From: Candidatus Latescibacterota bacterium
GTDB taxonomy: Bacteria; Latescibacterota; UBA2968; UBA8231
NCBI GenBank assembly: GCA_965200315.1
Contig: OZ241362.1
Coordinates: 192,001-256,000 of the forward strand
DNA: 64,000 nucleotides
Direction of reading: 5' to 3'
In this document: positions 9,457-19,114 of the stretch, piece by piece
Numbering within the stretch: the first letter of the stretch is position 1
How the letters are laid out: the number at the start of each line of letters is the position of its first letter
The notes under the pieces: model-generated
Told to the model about the DNA's origin: nothing
What the model saw: only the letters and a program-made list of their open reading frames with translations
Database searches by the model: none
Position numbers and translations under genes: made by a program

Positions 9457-10197
9457 TTATGCGGAATTGTCGTCCGCTGCATCACCCTGTTGGTCGCCGG
9501 AGACTAGAGGTAGGAGAATGTCGTAAATTTCTTCTACTTCACTTGGGCTAGTGACAAACCACTCTGCTCCTGGAGCTTCTTTCATCTGTTTGTCATCCCT
9601 GGCCAAGAATCGATGTATTGCCTTCTCCAATTCAGATGGCTTATCCGTTTTGATAGTGAGCGCGATTTTGGGCTTCTCAGGCATTGCTGTAGCCGCTTGC
9701 GACTCAACCCTGCTAACCGGATCGTGCTTGCTTTGGCCAACCTTACATGGCCAAGAAGATTTTCCTTTCAATTCTGCTAACTGCCGGTAAGCGGGGTAGT
9801 AGTAGAGATAAACCGAACCTTTCCCCGAGCCCACGCTCTTTTCATCGGGCGAATCGTGTTGCTCGTGTTGGATGGTTTCGTCCACATCGGAGACCGGAGG
9901 CGGCTCGACGCTTTCGACGGCCTCTGTTTCAGGGGAGCCGGGGCTTGGGACGATTCGCCATATTCCTAGGGAAACATTTTCTGCTCTGCCTTTTGACTTC
10001 ATATCGGCCAACGCCTTCTTGAAAACGCCAACCGTTTGACCTCGCGGCCGTGATCCCCCTCGATCGCAATGAATTTTGACTATGGTCTCAATGATCTCTT
10101 GCCTTTCAGCAGTCTCTCCCGAAAACTTCTCTATGATGAGCTCCCGAGCAATTGGTCGCGTGAGAGGTGTTTTAACATACTCATAGTCGTTGTTCAT
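9457..10197 (-). CDS. GIY-YIG/T5orf172-domain protein
   Basis: 'GSVYLYY...CKVGQS...RV..Q...MPEKP...LEKAIH..L...GAEWF'; lower GC than flanks. Confidence 0.75.
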   Translation of the reverse strand: MNNDYEYVKTPLTRPIARELIIEKFSGETAERQEIIETIVKIHCDRGGSRPRGQTVGVFKKALADMKSKGRAENVSLGIWRIVPSPGSPETEAVESVEPPPVSDVDETIQHEQHDSPDEKSVGSGKGSVYLYYYPAYRQLAELKGKSSWPCKVGQSKHDPVSRVESQAATAMPEKPKIALTIKTDKPSELEKAIHRFLARDDKQMKEAPGAEWFVTSPSEVEEIYDILLPLVSGDQQGDAADDNSA

Positions 10198-10254
10198 ATT
10201 GATTGCCTCTTGTTTGTAAATGTTCCCTAGCTCACTGATAGGACAATTGGGTTT

Positions 10255-11091
10255 TCAGCAGGCGACCAAAACAGGCTGGCGCGTCTTCAGTGCCCGCCGC
10301 AGGCCGCTGAGTAGGGCTTGGCCGCTGTCGGCGGAGTGTTCGCTCGGCGGATGCTCTTTCTCGCAAAAATCGCGCAACCACGCCAGTTCAGCAGGAGGCG
10401 TTGCCGTGTCGGACACGACGTGGGTTCCCTCGGCGCTGGCTAGGGCAATTCCGCTCTGCGCGGCGCTGGCTGAGATTACGCCGCCCCGGCCCAGCAGGGT
10501 CAGCTCGGCGAGTGCCGGCTGGGGGGCGACGACGAGCTGGATCGCCGCGCCGCTAGGAACTGTGGCGGTGAGCACCACTTGATAGGCGCGGCCGTGGTGG
10601 TTGGCGCAAAGATGTACTTGGGCCGGGGCCTCGCCCAGCAGGTCGCTGGCAAAGGCTAGTTGGCGACAGGCAGCCCACCACGCCGGTAGCAAGCCCGGCT
10701 CTTGGACGCCGGCCACGAGGCGCAAATAGACCGGCTCGGCAAACGAAGGATCGCGTCGCTGCTGTAGCACCTTGGCAAACAGGGGCGACCCGCGATGGAC
10801 GCCGCCGCTGGCGATGGGCAGGTCGGCCTTGGGCACCGGCCCGGCGCAGAGGACGGCGACGCCGGCTTGGAGGCAGGTGTGGACGTCGTTGTGGAGGTCT
10901 GCATAAGGCGAGAGGAAGGCGCAGACGCGGGGGTTGGTTTTTTGGAGCATGGCTGGCAAATCGCTGAAAAAAGGCAGGTCGGTGTTGGGGTTCCGACGCG
11001 CTGGATAGTACAGGCCCTTGATCGGCAGGGCGGCGGCGAGCTGGCCGACGAGTGGATTGAGGGCGGGATGGGCGCTGAGGGCGATAGTCAT
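10255..11091 (-). CDS. Degenerate Gfo/Idh/MocA-like protein
   Basis: Weak similarity ('CLQAGVAVLCAGP', 'FAEPVYLR'); coupled by ATGA overlap to the upstream Gfo gene. Confidence 0.5.
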   Translation of the reverse strand: MTIALSAHPALNPLVGQLAAALPIKGLYYPARRNPNTDLPFFSDLPAMLQKTNPRVCAFLSPYADLHNDVHTCLQAGVAVLCAGPVPKADLPIASGGVHRGSPLFAKVLQQRRDPSFAEPVYLRLVAGVQEPGLLPAWWAACRQLAFASDLLGEAPAQVHLCANHHGRAYQVVLTATVPSGAAIQLVVAPQPALAELTLLGRGGVISASAAQSGIALASAEGTHVVSDTATPPAELAWLRDFCEKEHPPSEHSADSGQALLSGLRRALKTRQPVLVAC

Positions 11092-12224
11092 AGCTCTTGC
11101 TCCAGCGGCAGGTCAACGGCCGCGTTGCACTCGACGGCGCGGTAGCCAGCGAGGATAATTTCCATCAAATCCCGCGCTTGGCGCACGCCATAGCGGGTCG
11201 GGCGGTCGTCGTCAATGGCGGCGACCAAATCGTCGAGCCCGGCTGCTACCCCCGCTGTGTCTTCGGATAGGGCGGCGGTTGGGACGGGTGGCCCTCCGTG
11301 CCACTGCATGGGATCCTCGGGGTTGGGCTGATAGTCGTAGCCGGTGCTATAGTCGCGCAGATAGGCGTCTAGCGCTGGTCTTTTGGCGTCGATAGTAGCG
11401 CTCTGGCGGGTGCCGATGAGGTACGCCCGCGATGGCCCGCCTTGGGGATGGGAGGCTGTGCCAATGCGGCCGCCGCACAAGGTGGCCACGCGGCCGTTGG
11501 CATCGGTCATGGTCAGAGTGCCAAAATCGTCGCAGCCGTGGGCCGCGTGCTCGGGGAAGAAGAAGGCCCCGGCGTGGCCGACTACGTGGCGGATGGGGCC
11601 GAGGCATTCTTGGATTAGGCCGACGGCGTACGCTCCGACCGTTAGCAACTCTCTTTTGATATCTGGGTATTTCCACCGACCGTTGGGGGCAGCAAAGGCG
11701 CGGCGTTGGGTTATGGGGCGCGGCCAGCCCTTGCCGAACATCACATCGACGTGGACGCCGAGTAGGGTACCCAAATCGCCGCTGGCGAGCACTTGGCGGG
11801 TGTGCTGGGCGAGGGTGCCGTAGGCGTAGCCGGGGATGATCGCCCGGACGCCGGTGCGCTCGACCGCGGCGGCGGCCGTCTCGGACTCGGCGAGGGTGGC
11901 CCCGGGAAACTTGTCGATCCACAGGTGCTTGCCAGCCCCGGCCGCGCGGACGATGAGCGTGGACCGCCGTTCAATCTCGCAGCCGACGCTGACCATATCG
12001 ACGGCCGGGTCGTCGATGGACTTGTCGAGGTCTTCTGAATAGGGTACGCCGAGTTGGCTAGCCCATTGCTGGTTGTAGGCGCGCAAGGCTGGGTCGATGT
12101 CGGGGTAATCGGCCACGCCGATGATGCGCAGGCGGGGATGGGCCTGATACAGGGGAATGAAGTGTTGCTGGTGGCTGTGTTTGCTAAAGCTGACCAGCAG
12201 AATGCCGTAGGTCTCAGCGGGCAT
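11088..12224 (-). CDS. Gfo/Idh/MocA oxidoreductase
   Basis: 'DPAVDMVSV', 'AGKHLWIDK', 'GDLGTL', 'ARDLMEIILAGY'. Confidence 0.8.
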   Translation of the reverse strand: MPAETYGILLVSFSKHSHQQHFIPLYQAHPRLRIIGVADYPDIDPALRAYNQQWASQLGVPYSEDLDKSIDDPAVDMVSVGCEIERRSTLIVRAAGAGKHLWIDKFPGATLAESETAAAAVERTGVRAIIPGYAYGTLAQHTRQVLASGDLGTLLGVHVDVMFGKGWPRPITQRRAFAAPNGRWKYPDIKRELLTVGAYAVGLIQECLGPIRHVVGHAGAFFFPEHAAHGCDDFGTLTMTDANGRVATLCGGRIGTASHPQGGPSRAYLIGTRQSATIDAKRPALDAYLRDYSTGYDYQPNPEDPMQWHGGPPVPTAALSEDTAGVAAGLDDLVAAIDDDRPTRYGVRQARDLMEIILAGYRAVECNAAVDLPLEQEL

Positions 12225-12348
12225 GGGATTTTCCTCGTTGGCGATGTGCGAGATAGTATAATAGTCCTGAGGATGATAGCCAAAAGGTTTGGCGGATGAG
12301 TTCTCCTTTTACCTAAAACAACATGGACAACTGCATGGTGGAAACCAC

Positions 12349-12760
12349 ATGACGACGATGTGCCACACGAACACGCTGTTCGATTGCGACGGTCCGCAGC
12401 TATTTGAGGCCCACGACGATGGTGGTCAATATCTGGCACTGCTGGTAGACAGCGAGGAAGAGCAGAATCGTTAGCTGGTCGTGCAGTTTGATCCTGAGTG
12501 CCTGCACCAGTTCCGCGTCGGGTGCCCTTGAACTGAGGCCGCTGATTGCCGAGGCAAGCAGGAACCAGTGGTATCTTGCGACCACGACGAACCTAGACGA
12601 ACCACTGGCGATTGAGCGCCAGAGAATGCCCATAGAGGAGCGTTTTCTGGCGCTCACGTTGGCTGACTCACCTCCGAAAGAGGGCACACTTGCAACAGAC
12701 GCAGAGTGCAACTCCGGTCCACCGGCCAATGCTGTCGAAGTCCGCGACCGTCTGGTATAG
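12349..12760 (+). pseudogene. Disrupted DUF6575-like gene
   Basis: 'HTNTLFDCDGPQLFEAHD.GGQYLA' then TAG (12472-12474), 'LVVQFDPE.LHQFR', a frameshift, then 'GALELRPLI...QWYLA'. Confidence 0.55.
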
Positions 12761-12821
12761 CTCCTCAAGCTCAACCTCGTCGGCCCTTCTAGCCATGTGC
12801 TTGCTGCGCTGCGCGATTAGC

Positions 12822-12851
12822 TTGACAGCAGTCGGCCCCCAATCCTATCCT
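12822..12851 (+). promoter_or_regulatory. Putative sigma70 promoter
   Basis: TTGACA-N18-TATCCT upstream of the AGGAGG RBS of the 12877 gene. Confidence 0.5.
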
Positions 12852-12876
12852 AGCAACTCCACACAAGGAGGAAATA

Positions 12877-13887
12877 ATGGTCAATATCGGCATTGTCGGC
12901 ATCGGTTTCATGGGCATGACCCACTACAAGGCTATGGCCCAGGTTAAAGGGGGCCAAGTCGCGGCCTTAGTCTCCCGCGATGCCAAAAAGCGCGCCGGGG
13001 ATTGGCGCGATATTCAGGGCAATTTCGGCGATAGCGGGGGAGTGCAGGACTTGTCGGGTGTGCGCTGCTACGAAACGCTGGACGAGCTGCTCGCCGATGG
13101 TGAGATCGATTTGGTGGATATTTGTCTGCCGACGACGATGCACGTCGAGGCCAGCATCCGCACGCTAGCCGCGGGCAAGCATGTGCTGTTGGAAAAGCCC
13201 ATTGCCGTGCGCTTGGACGACGCCGACCGGATTGTGGGGGTAGCCGCGGAACACCAGCGGCAATTTATGGTGGCCCACGTGCTGCGGTATTTCCCAGAAT
13301 TCCGGCTGATCAAACAGCTCGTCGCCGCCGCGGAGCACGGCCCGGTGCTCGCCGCTCACTTTAAGCGCATCATCTCGCGCCCGGTGTGGTGGGCGCCAGA
13401 AGATTTGGAACGCACCGGCGGCCCCGCGATCGACCTGCACATCCACGACGCGGACTTCGTGCAGTTTTTGTTCGGGATGCCCACCGCGGTTAGCTCGCAA
13501 GGGTACATTGGCCGGGGCGAGACGGTCGAGTACATCAACACTCACTACCAGTATGACGGCCCCATGGCCATCAGCGCTGAAGGCGGCTGGTTGGCGCAAC
13601 AGGGCTGTCCCTTTGAGCATGGCTATGACGTGTACTTTGAGGAGGCCACGCTCAAGTACAACTCGTCTTGGGGTCAGCTACCGCAACTGTTGACCAAGGA
13701 CGGCGAGGTCAGTACGCCATCACTGCCGGATGAGGACGGTTTCGTCGGCGAGCTGCAGGAAGCGGTGGATGTGATTGCGCAGGGCAAGGCGTCGCAGGAG
13801 ATAGGCGGTCAGAGTGCGCGGAACTCGCTGCTGTTGTGTTTGAAGGAAATTGAGTCGGTAAAGACCGGGCAGAAGGTAGCGATATAG
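12877..13887 (+). CDS. Gfo/Idh/MocA oxidoreductase
   Basis: 'GIVGIGFMG', 'AGKHVLLEKP', 'DLHIHD'. Confidence 0.9.
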   Translation: MVNIGIVGIGFMGMTHYKAMAQVKGGQVAALVSRDAKKRAGDWRDIQGNFGDSGGVQDLSGVRCYETLDELLADGEIDLVDICLPTTMHVEASIRTLAAGKHVLLEKPIAVRLDDADRIVGVAAEHQRQFMVAHVLRYFPEFRLIKQLVAAAEHGPVLAAHFKRIISRPVWWAPEDLERTGGPAIDLHIHDADFVQFLFGMPTAVSSQGYIGRGETVEYINTHYQYDGPMAISAEGGWLAQQGCPFEHGYDVYFEEATLKYNSSWGQLPQLLTKDGEVSTPSLPDEDGFVGELQEAVDVIAQGKASQEIGGQSARNSLLLCLKEIESVKTGQKVAI

Positions 13888-13896
13888 CCCGCCGGG

Positions 13897-14730
13897 CTAA
13901 TGCCCGTGGATGGTGCTAGATTCAGCGCAATACAGGGCATAGGCGAGGCCAATTCCCACGAGCAAGGATGCGATGAGCTTGCCGCGATCGTGGCTGTGGA
14001 AGTGGATCTCCGGCAGCAGGTCGCTCAAGGCAATGCACAGGAACGCGCCGGCCGCAAAGGACAGCACATAGCCGACGAGCGTCCCTTCTTCCGGGCCGAG
14101 CAATTCCACCCCCCCGAAGCTGGCCAGTGCCACCAAAGGGCACAGCACGGCAAATCCGACATTGGCCCCGGCTCGGACGCGCTGGCCGTGCCCGGCGGAT
14201 TTCATCATGCCGATGATGGAGTACGCGTCGAGCGGCTTGTGCAGCAAAATGGCGAGGAATACCCCTAGCCCCGCCCATGCGACGTCGTTATCATGCAGCG
14301 GCCCCATCCTCATGCTGGCCCCCAGCGCGATCCCTTCAGTCACCGTATGCACCCCTAGGCCGAGGGCCACGCCGAACAAACTCCGCGAATGGCCCCCACC
14401 GTGCCCTCGGCGATCGTACAGGTCGCTCGCTTCGCTGCTGAAGTCGTGCTGGTGAAAGTGAAAGATCCGCAGCAAGAAAATCATCATGACCATGCCCAAG
14501 ACCATCCATCCCAGTGCTTTTTCTACCATCTCAGGCCCGGCCATGAAGAGGCTGTGAGGGAGCAGGTGAAACATGGCGATGCCGAGGATGAAGCCGGCCA
14601 CTAAACTCATCACGATCTGGGTGCGCGTGTGCGTCATGGTGCCCAAGGCCGCTAGTTTCCCGCCGAGCAAGGACGCGGCAAAGATGGCGGCTGAATATGC
14701 CGACAAAACGAGTAGAGCGTTGGAGTCCAT
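13897..14730 (-). CDS. ZIP family metal transporter (copy A)
   Basis: 'HTVTEG', 'LLHKPLD', His-rich loop, 'DLLPEIHFHSHD'. Confidence 0.9.
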   Translation of the reverse strand: MDSNALLVLSAYSAAIFAASLLGGKLAALGTMTHTRTQIVMSLVAGFILGIAMFHLLPHSLFMAGPEMVEKALGWMVLGMVMMIFLLRIFHFHQHDFSSEASDLYDRRGHGGGHSRSLFGVALGLGVHTVTEGIALGASMRMGPLHDNDVAWAGLGVFLAILLHKPLDAYSIIGMMKSAGHGQRVRAGANVGFAVLCPLVALASFGGVELLGPEEGTLVGYVLSFAAGAFLCIALSDLLPEIHFHSHDRGKLIASLLVGIGLAYALYCAESSTIHGH

Positions 14731-14868
14731 GATAGCTAGGGCCACAAACTAGCCGAGCAGGGCGGCGTCATGGACGCGATCTTGTTCGGTGCGAGAGGGT
14801 TTTATATACATACAAAGTCCAAAGTCGCAATCGTCATTTCCTCATATCATGGTACAGGAGGGCAAGCG

Positions 14869-15872
14869 ATGCACCTAGAACCCAATGAAAGAATGAGACT
14901 CCGGGAAGCTACGGCCATTATTGTAGCAGGTGGCGTCACAAACAGCATACTCGGCATCGTAAAAGTCGCCCTCGGCAGCGTTACCGGGTACCTACCCCTG
15001 ACTGCTTCAGGACTCCACTCGCTGTCGGACATTGTATCCGATGTCATCGCTTGGGTGGCCGTGCGGATGGGAGTGCGGTCCGAGCAACAGGGCGAGGATG
15101 TGCGGTTCCACTACGGCCGCCGGCGGATTGAAACCCTCCTGTCGTTTTTTGCCGCATTCCTGCTCGCGTTTGTGAGTGTGGAACTGATTCTGGATGCTTT
15201 CGGCTATCACGGGCACGGTCATGGGGTGTCCACAACAGCTATTCACGAACAAGCGGAAAGCCACGGCGACCACGAGCACGAGCAGGGGGGGTAGGTCATT
15301 TGTTCTTTCTCGTCTGCGCGGTAATCCTCGCTTCAGTGCTCGCCAAGGAAATACTGTTCCGCGCGACGCGGCGCAAGGGCGTCCGCCTGAACAGCCCCAT
15401 GCTAATCGCGAAAGCATGGCATCACCGGGCCGATTCCATCAGTGCCCTCGCAGTCCTGCTGAGCATTTTCGTTTCGTCCTATTTTCCGGCCTTCGCGTTG
15501 ATCAACCAAGTCACCACGGTCGTGATTGCCGGCCTAATCCTGCACAGTGCTTGGGAGGTTGGAAGCAACGCGGTCAAAGAGCTAATAGATTTCGCGCCCT
15601 CGCTAGAGACGATAGCCCTAATCGAAGAGATGGCGGAAGAGGTACAAGGCGTGACATTTACGCACAGTATTCGCATACGGTCTATGGGGGGTGCCCTGTA
15701 TGTTGAATTAACAGCGGAAACCGACCCGAATCTCACGGTAGCAGAAGGGTACGCCATCGTTAAACAGATCCGCGAGACGGTTAAGAATAAGGTCCCCAAT
15801 GTGATTGACGTCACCACCTTGCTAACCCCCAAAGGCGAATACGTCCGGCAGTTTCTGGGGTCGGAAACATAG
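14869..15872 (+). pseudogene. Cation diffusion facilitator split by a frameshift in a G7 run (15285-15291)
   Basis: N-half has 'HSLSD', 'FHYGRRRIE' and a His loop; C-half has 'AWHHRAD' and the dimerisation domain; one extra G joins the frames. Confidence 0.8.
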
Positions 15873-15893
15873 AGCAGGCTGACGCCCGGCGGG

Positions 15894-17123
15894 TCAACTG
15901 CTTCCACGTTGGTCGCTATGGGTGGACCGGAGGCGGATATTGAGTAGCATATCTTCGTAGCCGCTGCGCAGAGCACCGGCGCGGAAGCGCCAGATGATCA
16001 GGGCGATGAGGAGCAAAGCGCTGCCCCATTGCAGGAACTGAACGGCCGGCGCAGGGGAGGCGTCGAGGTTCACGGGAATCGCCAGACCAGCAGCGAGAAG
16101 CAGCACATCGATGGCGATGCCCAAGACGACCGTAACCGCGAGGACGGCGGCTACGTAGATGGATGCGAAGCGGGTGCCAAACTGGCTGACGATGATGGCG
16201 ATCGTGCCCGTGTTGGTGGCCGGGCCAGTCATCAGAAAAATCAGTGCCGCGCCGGGGCTGACTCCTTTGACCACGAGCGCGGCGGCGATTGGAGTACTGG
16301 CGGATGCGCAGATATAGAGAGGAATGCCGATCAGCACCATGACCGGATAGGATAGCCAGCGGGCATACTCATTTGCCATCAGGTCGCTCGGAATCGCCAG
16401 AAAGAGTACGCCGCCCAGCACGACTCCCACCAGCAGCGCAAAGAGAATGTCGTCTGCTATCTCAATGAAGCCATAGCGAAAGATGTGCTTGACCAGCTTT
16501 GTGAAGTCCAAATCCCGATCGTCGGTGGATGAATTCCACCGGCCTGCGGCCATCCCCTTCAACCAGTTGACCAGTAAGACCTTCAGTTGCGAAAGGCTAA
16601 CGTAGCAATCATCCCGGTCGGCGATGAGCGATTGGTGATGCTCGTGGTCGCAGGCGTGGCAGGCGTCGCGCTCGCTCGCTTTGGCTTCATCTCGGTCGTC
16701 TCTTATCAGTCCGATGCAAAAGATACCGGCGACGACCGCGGTGATGAAGCTGATGACGGGCCGGACGATGGCAACGATAGGTCCGAAAAAGGCGTTAGTG
16801 ACTAAAATCGAGTCTGCGCCGGTCTCTGGTGCGGTGATCAAGAAAGACATGCAGGCCGAACGGGACGCCCCCTTATTGCGCATCTCAGCCACCACAGGTA
16901 CAACCGAGCAACTGCACAGCGGCACGGGGACGCCGATGGCCGAACTCATGGTGACGGATTTTAGGCTATCGTCGCGGAGCCAGCGGAGAATGGCCTGACG
17001 GGAGACAAACACGTGGATCAGGCCAGAGAGGAACAGCCCCAGCAAAAGCATGGGGGCTAGCAAGAGGAAGGATGACCAGAGGAAGTCAAAAAAGCCGGTC
17101 AGTATTCCAAGAGATTCGGCCAC
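15894..17123 (-). CDS. SO_0444-like/ArsP-type metal permease (copy A)
   Basis: 'GVPVPLCSCSVVP', 'APETGADS', 'PLYICASASTP', 'GPATN'. Confidence 0.85.
   Translation of the reverse strand: MAESLGILTGFFDFLWSSFLLLAPMLLLGLFLSGLIHVFVSRQAILRWLRDDSLKSVTMSSAIGVPVPLCSCSVVPVVAEMRNKGASRSACMSFLITAPETGADSILVTNAFFGPIVAIVRPVISFITAVVAGIFCIGLIRDDRDEAKASERDACHACDHEHHQSLIADRDDCYVSLSQLKVLLVNWLKGMAAGRWNSSTDDRDLDFTKLVKHIFRYGFIEIADDILFALLVGVVLGGVLFLAIPSDLMANEYARWLSYPVMVLIGIPLYICASASTPIAAALVVKGVSPGAALIFLMTGPATNTGTIAIIVSQFGTRFASIYVAAVLAVTVVLGIAIDVLLLAAGLAIPVNLDASPAPAVQFLQWGSALLLIALIIWRFRAGALRSGYEDMLLNIRLRSTHSDQRGSS
15925..17081. repeat. Left arm of a ~1.16 kb inverted repeat (partner 22018-23174)
   Basis: Reverse complement matches the right arm; about ten substitutions seen by eye. 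Confidence 0.9.
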
Positions 17124-17141
17124 TCAATAGCCTCCTGTGCG

Positions 17142-17170
17142 TTGAGATGCGACGAGTTTATTGCTATAAT
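17142..17170 (+). promoter_or_regulatory. sigma70 promoter for leader peptide 1
   Basis: TTGAGA-N17-TATAAT with extended -10 TG; 12 nt between the -10 box and ATG 17183. Confidence 0.7.
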
Positions 17171-17182
17171 TAGCCAAAGGTC

Positions 17183-17497
17183 ATGCTAACGCGCAAAACG
17201 GATATCTCGACCAACTCGGCAGCCTCGTTGGCCCTGCTGGCACTGACAGTGCTCTTTGCGGCTGTAATCAGCGGTCTCCCCTTCAGCCACCAGCTTTTCC
17301 ACGATAGTCTCGTCGAGCCTGAAAACTGTCCGGCCTACCTGTTGCAGAGTAGCCTATCGCTCCTTTTTGGGGGCTTGGTGCTCGCGCTCGTGGTGCTGAA
17401 TGCCTCTGAGCCAAATCCGTCCCCTCTGCGCACGGTACCGCTACATCTTTTTTTTCCTCGCTTTACCCATCTCAACCGAGGCCCGCCCCGGTGCTAG
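17183..17497 (+). CDS. DUF2946-like leader/arrest peptide 1 (CPAY ... RGPP)
   Basis: Hydrophobic N-terminus, His cluster, 'ENCPAY', C-terminal 'NRGPPRC'; precedes a metal-binding lipoprotein. Confidence 0.75.
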   Translation: MLTRKTDISTNSAASLALLALTVLFAAVISGLPFSHQLFHDSLVEPENCPAYLLQSSLSLLFGGLVLALVVLNASEPNPSPLRTVPLHLFFPRFTHLNRGPPRC

Positions 17498-17498
17498 C

Positions 17499-17517
17499 GC
17501 ATCCACGCTGTGGATGC
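17499..17517 (+). promoter_or_regulatory. Hairpin just after the leader 1 stop
   Basis: GCATCCAC-gct-GTGGATGC; identical copy at 18998-19016; followed by a C/U-rich tract. Confidence 0.6.
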
Positions 17518-17572
17518 CCTCTCCATATCCATTTCGCATACCATTAACTTCCCGTTCTGTGCGCAACGCTTA

Positions 17573-17685
17573 GAAGCCGTTTGAAAACCCGTCGGGCCGC
17601 TTTGCGGAACGGCCATTTTTCTCGGGCAAAATGCCCTCGATCCCAGCGGTTTGAGAGACCCAACCCGGAATTTTCAGATCGCTTC
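17573..17685. mobile_element. 113-bp MITE with TTA target duplication
   Basis: TIRs GAAGCCGTTTGAAAA and revcomp GAAGCGATCTGAAAA (12/15); TTA at 17570-17572 and 17686-17688; absent from the paralogous region near 19065-19075. Confidence 0.8.
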
Positions 17686-17730
17686 TTAGGGAAGTGCGCG
17701 TGGACGGCCAAACCATTGGAGACTAGCACC

Positions 17731-18255
17731 ATGTTTAAGAGCATAGCTGCGTTAAGTATCTTCGCCCTCGTCCTCTTTGCTAGCTGCGGCGACGACAACC
17801 CCGTCGGCGACGACCACGCCGAAGAACACGCCGAGGCTGTCGGCCTGATCGTGCGCGATAGCGGCGAGGAGATCGTCCGCGTTGAAAGCGGTCAGGTGAC
17901 CGGCGAGATTGAAGTCGGCCACGGCAAGGAAACCGCCCTGCTGTCTGTGCGCTTTATCGCCGAAGATGGCGACCTCTTCACCCCCCACGAAGAAGATGGC
18001 TTTGCCCTTGACTGGGAAATTGCCGACGAGAGCATCGCCGAAGTCGAGCATCACGCCGAGGACGGGGCTTGGGCTTTTCACATCCTCGGCCTAGAGGAAG
18101 GCGAGACCACCATCCGCATAAAAATCAACCACGAAGGCCACGCCGATTTCGTCTCGCTGGAAATCGAGATTCACGTCAGCGAGGACGGTCCCGGTGAGGA
18201 ACACGAAGAACACGATGAGCACGATGAGCACGATGAGGAAGAGGAAAGCGATTAG
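17731..18255 (+). CDS. His/Glu-rich lipoprotein 1, putative metal-binding
   Basis: Lipobox FASC, 'DDHAEEHAEA', 'HEGHADF', tail HEEHDEHDEHDE. Confidence 0.8.
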   Translation: MFKSIAALSIFALVLFASCGDDNPVGDDHAEEHAEAVGLIVRDSGEEIVRVESGQVTGEIEVGHGKETALLSVRFIAEDGDLFTPHEEDGFALDWEIADESIAEVEHHAEDGAWAFHILGLEEGETTIRIKINHEGHADFVSLEIEIHVSEDGPGEEHEEHDEHDEHDEEEESD

Positions 18256-18285
18256 ACCCACTGCGGTCTTTCGTATGTAAAAGCG

Positions 18286-18318
18286 GCGCGGGACCGGACA
18301 CAAGCACCGGTCCCGCGC
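18286..18318 (+). promoter_or_regulatory. Conserved GC-rich stem-loop after lipoprotein 1
   Basis: GCGCGGGACCGG-9nt-CCGGTCCCGCGC; covarying homologue at 19660-19692. Confidence 0.65.
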
Positions 18319-18429
18319 ACTTATGTCAAGTGCCTAGGTACACGCCAGTAGGGTTTTTCTTGGGAGCGCGGGACAGAGGCCCGCGCACTTAGGGCGATAC
18401 CAAAAAACGCCCACCCAAGCCAAGGGTCG

Positions 18430-18618
18430 GGTACTTAGCAAGGTCAATTGGATAGCCGACAGACAAAAGCCACAGGCCGCAGAATCTGGCCCCGGCTGCT
18501 TTAGAAGCTCGAACTCGCACTCGGCCTAGCAGTAGGTTCCGCTTGGGGACCAGACTGGCTCGCTAACCGGGCACGTGATCGACGCGGAAAGCGGCTAATC
18601 CGTCGAGTGGACATTGCC
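18430..18618 (+). pseudogene. Relic of a TonB-dependent receptor 5' end
   Basis: Aligns by eye with 19691-19850 (DQTGSLTGHVIDAESG* vs DRTGALAGHVINAESGQ); contains stops and frameshifts. Confidence 0.7.
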
Positions 18619-18647
18619 TAAAAAAGGCAAGCCGCTGGGGGCTGGGG

Positions 18648-18676
18648 TTGCGTTTTTTTTGCCGGACCACTAAAAT
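18648..18676 (+). promoter_or_regulatory. sigma70 promoter, predicted leaderless transcript for leader peptide 2
   Basis: TTGCGT-N17-TAAAAT with 8 nt before ATG 18685; no SD sequence. Confidence 0.6.
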
Positions 18677-18684
18677 CAAAAATC

Positions 18685-18996
18685 ATGCTAACGCGCAAAA
18701 CGGACATCTCGATAGGCTCGGCGTCCTCGCTGGCCCTGCTAGTGCTGACCGTGCTCTTTGCGGCTGTAAGCGGCCTACCCTTCGGCCACCAGCTTTGCCA
18801 CGAGAGCCACATCGAGCCTGAGAACTGCCCGGCTTGCCTGTTGCAGAGCGGTCTATCGCTCCTTTTTGGGGGCTTAGCGCTCGCGCTCGTGGTGCTGAAT
18901 GCCTCTGAGCCAAATCCGTCCGCTCTGCGCACAGTACCGTTACCTCTTTTTTCTCCTCGCTTTACCCATCTCAACCGAGGCCCGCCCCGGTGCTAG
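18685..18996 (+). CDS. DUF2946-like leader/arrest peptide 2 (CPAC ... RGPP)
   Basis: 'HQLCHESHIEPENCPAC' and 'NRGPPRC'; upstream of lipoprotein and TonB receptor. Confidence 0.8.
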   Translation: MLTRKTDISIGSASSLALLVLTVLFAAVSGLPFGHQLCHESHIEPENCPACLLQSGLSLLFGGLALALVVLNASEPNPSALRTVPLPLFSPRFTHLNRGPPRC

Positions 18997-19114
18997 TGCA
19001 TCCACGCTGTGGATGCCCCTCTCCTATCCAATTCGCGTACCATTAAATTCCCGTTCTGCGCACAACGCCTAGGGAAAGTGTGCGTGGACGGTCAAACCAT
19101 TGGAGATTAGCACC

